32,000 bases of DNA. Origin: Trichodesmium erythraeum IMS101. Lineage in GTDB: Bacteria > Cyanobacteriota > Cyanobacteriia > Cyanobacteriales > Microcoleaceae. The position numbers and the translations under genes were made by a program. Where the stretch lies: positions 3,870,001-3,902,000 of the forward strand of contig NC_008312.1 in assembly GCF_000014265.1 (NCBI RefSeq), read 5' to 3'. The notes beneath the pieces are model-generated. The model was not told where the DNA came from and did no database searches. It saw only the letters and a program-made list of their open reading frames with translations. This document shows, piece after piece, positions 29,425 through 32,000 of this stretch (position 1 is the first letter of the stretch; each line of letters starts with the position of its first letter).

Positions 29425-30138
29425 ATGGTAACAGAACAAGACCCGACCACGTTAATGAAACAGCAAGTCGGCAAAGCTGCTGCTGAGGAAGTAAAATCTG
29501 GTATGATAGTAGGTTTAGGCACAGGTTCAACTACTGCCTACATGATTCAATTTTTAGGAGAACTCCTCCAAAGAGGTGAACTCAAAGATATCAAAGGTAT
29601 CCCTACCTCCTTCCAGTCAACCGTATTAGCTAAAAAGTATGGTGTACCATTAACAACCCTTGATGAAGTTGATTATATGGATATTGCCATTGATGGGGCA
29701 GATGAAGTTGACCCACAAAAAAATCTGATTAAAGGTGGTGGAGCCGCTCATACTCGTGAGAAAATTGTAGACTGTTTAGCAGAAAAGTTTGTTGTCGTAG
29801 TAGATAGTTCTAAACTAGTAGATAAATTGGGTTCTACTTTTTTATTGCCCGTAGAAGTTATACCCATGGCAATGAATCCTGTAATTCGGGCGATCGAAAA
29901 ATTGGGTGGTCAACCAGAAGTACGGATGGGAGTGAAAAAGGCCGGACCTATAGTCACAGATCAAGGTAATTTGGTTATTGATGTCAAGTTTGATTCCATT
30001 GATAACCCTGGGGAGCTAGAAAAAAGTTTAAATAATATTCCTGGAGTTTTGGAAAATGGCTTATTTGTAGGGGTTGCAGATGTAATTTTAGTAGGAGAAA
30101 TTGACAATGGAAAACCAATAGTTAGGACAATTTCTTAA
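29425..30138 (+). CDS. rpiA: Ribose-5-phosphate isomerase A.
   Basis: A 237-aa ORF. It carries ..[18 protein letters not shown].., ..[25 protein letters not shown].., ..VVVDSSK... These are canonical RpiA motifs. Confidence 0.9.
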   Translation: MVTEQDPTTLMKQQVGKAAAEEVKSGMIVGLGTGSTTAYMIQFLGELLQRGELKDIKGIPTSFQSTVLAKKYGVPLTTLDEVDYMDIAIDGADEVDPQKNLIKGGGAAHTREKIVDCLAEKFVVVVDSSKLVDKLGSTFLLPVEVIPMAMNPVIRAIEKLGGQPEVRMGVKKAGPIVTDQGNLVIDVKFDSIDNPGELEKSLNNIPGVLENGLFVGVADVILVGEIDNGKPIVRTIS

Positions 30139-30530
30139 CAAAAAATATTGAGCCAGACTCTAGAAAATCATATCAACTCTAGGAAGAACAACCGAAGTTT
30201 AAAAATTATTGGCAAACCTTTTCCAAGTTGCCAATATATAATTAGTTAACTTTGAAAGGAAAAAAGTTCAAAAAAGTTAGTAAGGAATGAGAATTTTATT
30301 ATTTACAAAAATTAAATTCCCCAAACTTCATTAGATATGAGTTCTTTCACAAAAATTCAGAATTTTATTTAATTCTCATTCCTGACTTGTTTAACAAGGA
30401 AAAACTGCCTCCCCAGTTAGAACTACTATTTTTATTCTCGTCAATAGTGGTATATTGAAGCGACGTTAAATAAATAATTGACCTCTAAAAATTAGGAAAA
30501 TTACTTCTTTTTTTAAGAAAACTATTGACA

Positions 30531-30672
30531 TCCTCCCCTGCTGTTCTGTTAGGGACAGCAGGAACTCTACCGATACGAAGTACCGACTTTGGTTGAGGCT
30601 TCACACACAGTGCACAAAGAGAGCGCTGAGTCCTCCGGGTCTATGTTTTGTCTGGTCACTGCCCCCCACAAC
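30531..30672. other. GC-rich island (about 54% GC by hand count) in an AT-rich spacer. It is either a candidate non-coding RNA or a relic of foreign or coding sequence.
   Basis: By my count, 77 of 142 bases are G or C, against roughly 25-30% in the flanks. It contains an 8-bp perfect stem, CCTGCTGT (30537-44) and ACAGCAGG (30555-62), with a 10-nt loop. There is no convincing ORF in any frame, and it is followed directly by a (TAAT)n tract. Confidence 0.3.
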
Positions 30673-30700
30673 TAATTAATTGATTAATTAATTAATTAAT
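30673..30700. repeat. Imperfect (TAAT)n microsatellite.
   Basis: TAATTAATTGATTAATTAATTAATTAAT was read directly. It contains stop codons in all frames on both strands. Confidence 0.8.
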
Positions 30701-31497
30701 GCATGAATAACACAATGTAAAAAAAACAGTTAAAAAGTCGTCTGAGGAGTAGGAAAGGCTTTAAACACAATTTTTCGGAATTGCCTTTACTGTAAAGGTA
30801 AGTCATTTATGCTGAAGGTAAAGAGAGAAACTGGAAAAATGCAATACATTTATAACCGGATTTGGTATCATTTGTCCAATACAATACTCTAAAGGGTTAT
30901 GGCTGCCCTACTTGTTCAAAGTAATAAATTAGACAGATTTTTTCCATTTTTTAGTCGTGTAATGGATATGGCATGAATTCTTTTAACCAATGATAAATGT
31001 GATAAACATGAAATATAGATCGCATCTGATATGCAAGTTAAAACTTGAAAAATTCCTGAGTCTGTAGAGGTTTTGCTCCCCACAGTGACCGTAGGAGCAC
31101 AAAGTAAAAATTGAAATGTTTAAACTTATGAAGTTTTATATCAGCTTCATAGAGTGGTAAAGACATATAGAACAAACCCCGGTGCGAGCCTACCTAGTGG
31201 ATAAATTCTTGTTTTTAACCATAGACATCTACAAAAAAACCTGGTTTCTGGGTTTGTCTACCCAGTTTGAAAAATAGATATTCCTATATTATTTTCCAGC
31301 CTACGAAAAATTCTGAGAAACTCCACACTAAATTCAATAGCTTTTCTCCAGAAAATAAAATTGGCCAGGGAATGATTAATGATAATTAGCTAATAAAAAA
31401 CCAAAAAATATCTAGATCCAGGGTAAAATCCTCTACTGTAAAGGATTATGAATCATCCAAAATTCTTAATTACACAAAAAATTTCAAATTATTTAAC

Positions 31498-32000
31498 ATG
31501 ATAGATTTATCTACCATTGCAGCTCAACTTAATGCCCGCACCATTCTCCCAGAAGGAATAGTCGTGATCACCCTGCTGGTAGTTCTCGTCGGAGACCTAA
31601 TACTGGGGCGTAGTTCTACTAAATGGACTCCTTATGCCGCCATTGTTGGTCTCTTAGGAGCAATTGTAGCCTTATATACTCAATGGGATAGTAGCAATAC
31701 CATAGGTTTTTTAGGAGCCTTTAATGCCGATGCCCTGAGTATAGCATTTAGAGGCATTATTGCTATATCAGCGATTACTACTATATTAATGTCAGTAGCA
31801 TACATAGAACAAACTGGAACTCCACTAGGAGAATTTATCTGTATTCTGCTAACCGCTACCTTGGGAGCAATGTTCCTATCTGGAGCAGATGAGTTGGTAA
31901 TGATTTTCATTTCTCTAGAAACTCTAAGTATCTCCTCTTATTTATTAACCGGTTATACAAAACGTGATCCTCGTTCTAATGAAGCAGCATTAAAATATTT
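31498..32000 (+). CDS. ndhB: NAD(P)H-quinone oxidoreductase (NDH-1) subunit 2, N-terminal part. It continues beyond the window.
   Basis: From the ATG at 31498 it reads MIDLSTIAAQLNARTILPEGIVVITLLVVLVGDLILGR...FNADALSIAFRGIIAISAITTILMSVAYIEQTGTPLGEFICILLTATLGAMFLSGADELVMIFISLETLSISSYLLTGYTKRDPRSNEAALKY. This is nearly collinear with cyanobacterial NdhB as I remember it (Synechocystis ..AAQLNAGTILPEGIV..). It was not in the ORF track because it runs off the edge. Confidence 0.9.
   Translation, partial: MIDLSTIAAQLNARTILPEGIVVITLLVVLVGDLILGRSSTKWTPYAAIVGLLGAIVALYTQWDSSNTIGFLGAFNADALSIAFRGIIAISAITTILMSVAYIEQTGTPLGEFICILLTATLGAMFLSGADELVMIFISLETLSISSYLLTGYTKRDPRSNEAALKY

Noticed and set aside
30525-30553. 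The consensus -35 hexamer TTGACA at 30525-30530, considered as a promoter for the GC island.
   Set aside because: The hexamer 17 nt downstream is GTTAGG, which is a poor -10. A lone TTGACA is expected by chance several times in 32 kb.
30531-30672. Possible cobalamin or TPP riboswitch, SRP RNA or 6S RNA in the GC island. For example, CTGCCCCCCACAACTAA resembles the CUGCCCCCGCAACUGUAA segment of cobalamin riboswitches, and GCTGAG..TCTGG resembles TPP elements.
   Set aside because: The partner elements are absent: the GGGAA / GGTG..AA..CC core and B12 box, the CUGAGA...CCAGCG pairing, and the SRP GGAA tetraloop helix. The ends do not pair as they would in 6S RNA. The nearest downstream gene, ndhB, is about 830 nt away. 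I report it only as an unexplained island.
31182-31187. GTGCGA, the group II intron 5' consensus, in the GC-richer patch AACCCCGGTGCGAGCCTACC.
   Set aside because: I found no domain V-like sequence (AGCCGTAT...ACGGTTC) or intron-encoded ORF downstream. Only about 310 nt remain before ndhB.
3247-31910. Short ORF-track entries lying inside, and mostly antisense to, larger well-supported genes: 3247-3438(+), 7228-7419(-), 9642-9845(-), 11573-11755(+), 13198-13416(-), 13247-13429(+), 17734-17916(+), 27534-27776(+), 29313-29522(-), 31680-31910(-).
   Set aside because: Each is 60-80 aa, lies within or opposite a gene that has clear family motifs, and has low-complexity or odd composition. None has a recognisable motif. 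They are the shadow ORFs expected by chance.

Overview
This is an AT-rich bacterial chromosomal segment, roughly one-third G+C by eye, and almost certainly cyanobacterial. The HIP1 palindrome GCGATCGC occurs at least 13 times by my reading (for example at 2444, 3745, 5843, 7256, 7430, 8611, 13562, 15646, 19248, 23343, 24856, 26915 and 27734). The right edge carries rpiA and the N-terminus of ndhB, both with typical cyanobacterial sequence. Only about two-thirds of the window lies in recognisable genes, pseudogenes included. The long spacers, decayed IS elements, MITE-like repeats and nonsense-interrupted genes resemble Trichodesmium-type genomes, but I cannot verify the source.

From left to right the window contains:
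- two decayed transposase genes (IS701-like and IS630-like);
- a loosely organised glycan-modification region, interleaved with core genes (a FetB-like permease, an ABC1/UbiB kinase and a small membrane protein);
- then rpiA, a long non-coding stretch, and ndhB.

The glycan region contains:
- a pyruvyl transferase;
- a sulfotransferase-TPR fusion;
- a DegT-type aminotransferase;
- a UDP-glucuronate-4-epimerase-like SDR plus a truncated paralogue fragment;
- an AsnB-like amidotransferase;
- a SAM methyltransferase;
- four uncharacterised DxD glycosyltransferase-like genes, arranged as two paralogue pairs;
- a GT10 fucosyltransferase-like gene;
- a GT4 glycosyltransferase;
- a GT-A-like hypothetical gene;
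- a 1154-aa protein combining TPR repeats with a SPINDLY/OGT-like (GT41) domain.

The most notable observations are these:
- Three glycan genes are each interrupted by exactly one in-frame stop, and the three stops are TAA, TAG and TGA.
- A roughly 350-bp diverged direct duplication of the epimerase 3' end brackets the AsnB-like gene.
- A TA-flanked MITE family of about 133 bp is present, with a filled and an empty insertion site visible in the same window.
- A second TA-flanked inverted-repeat element supplies the stop codon of the OGT-like gene.
- An unexplained 140-nt GC-rich island lies in the AT-rich spacer upstream of ndhB.

No rRNA gene, tRNA gene or CRISPR array was found. All family assignments come from motif recognition by eye, and no database search was possible.
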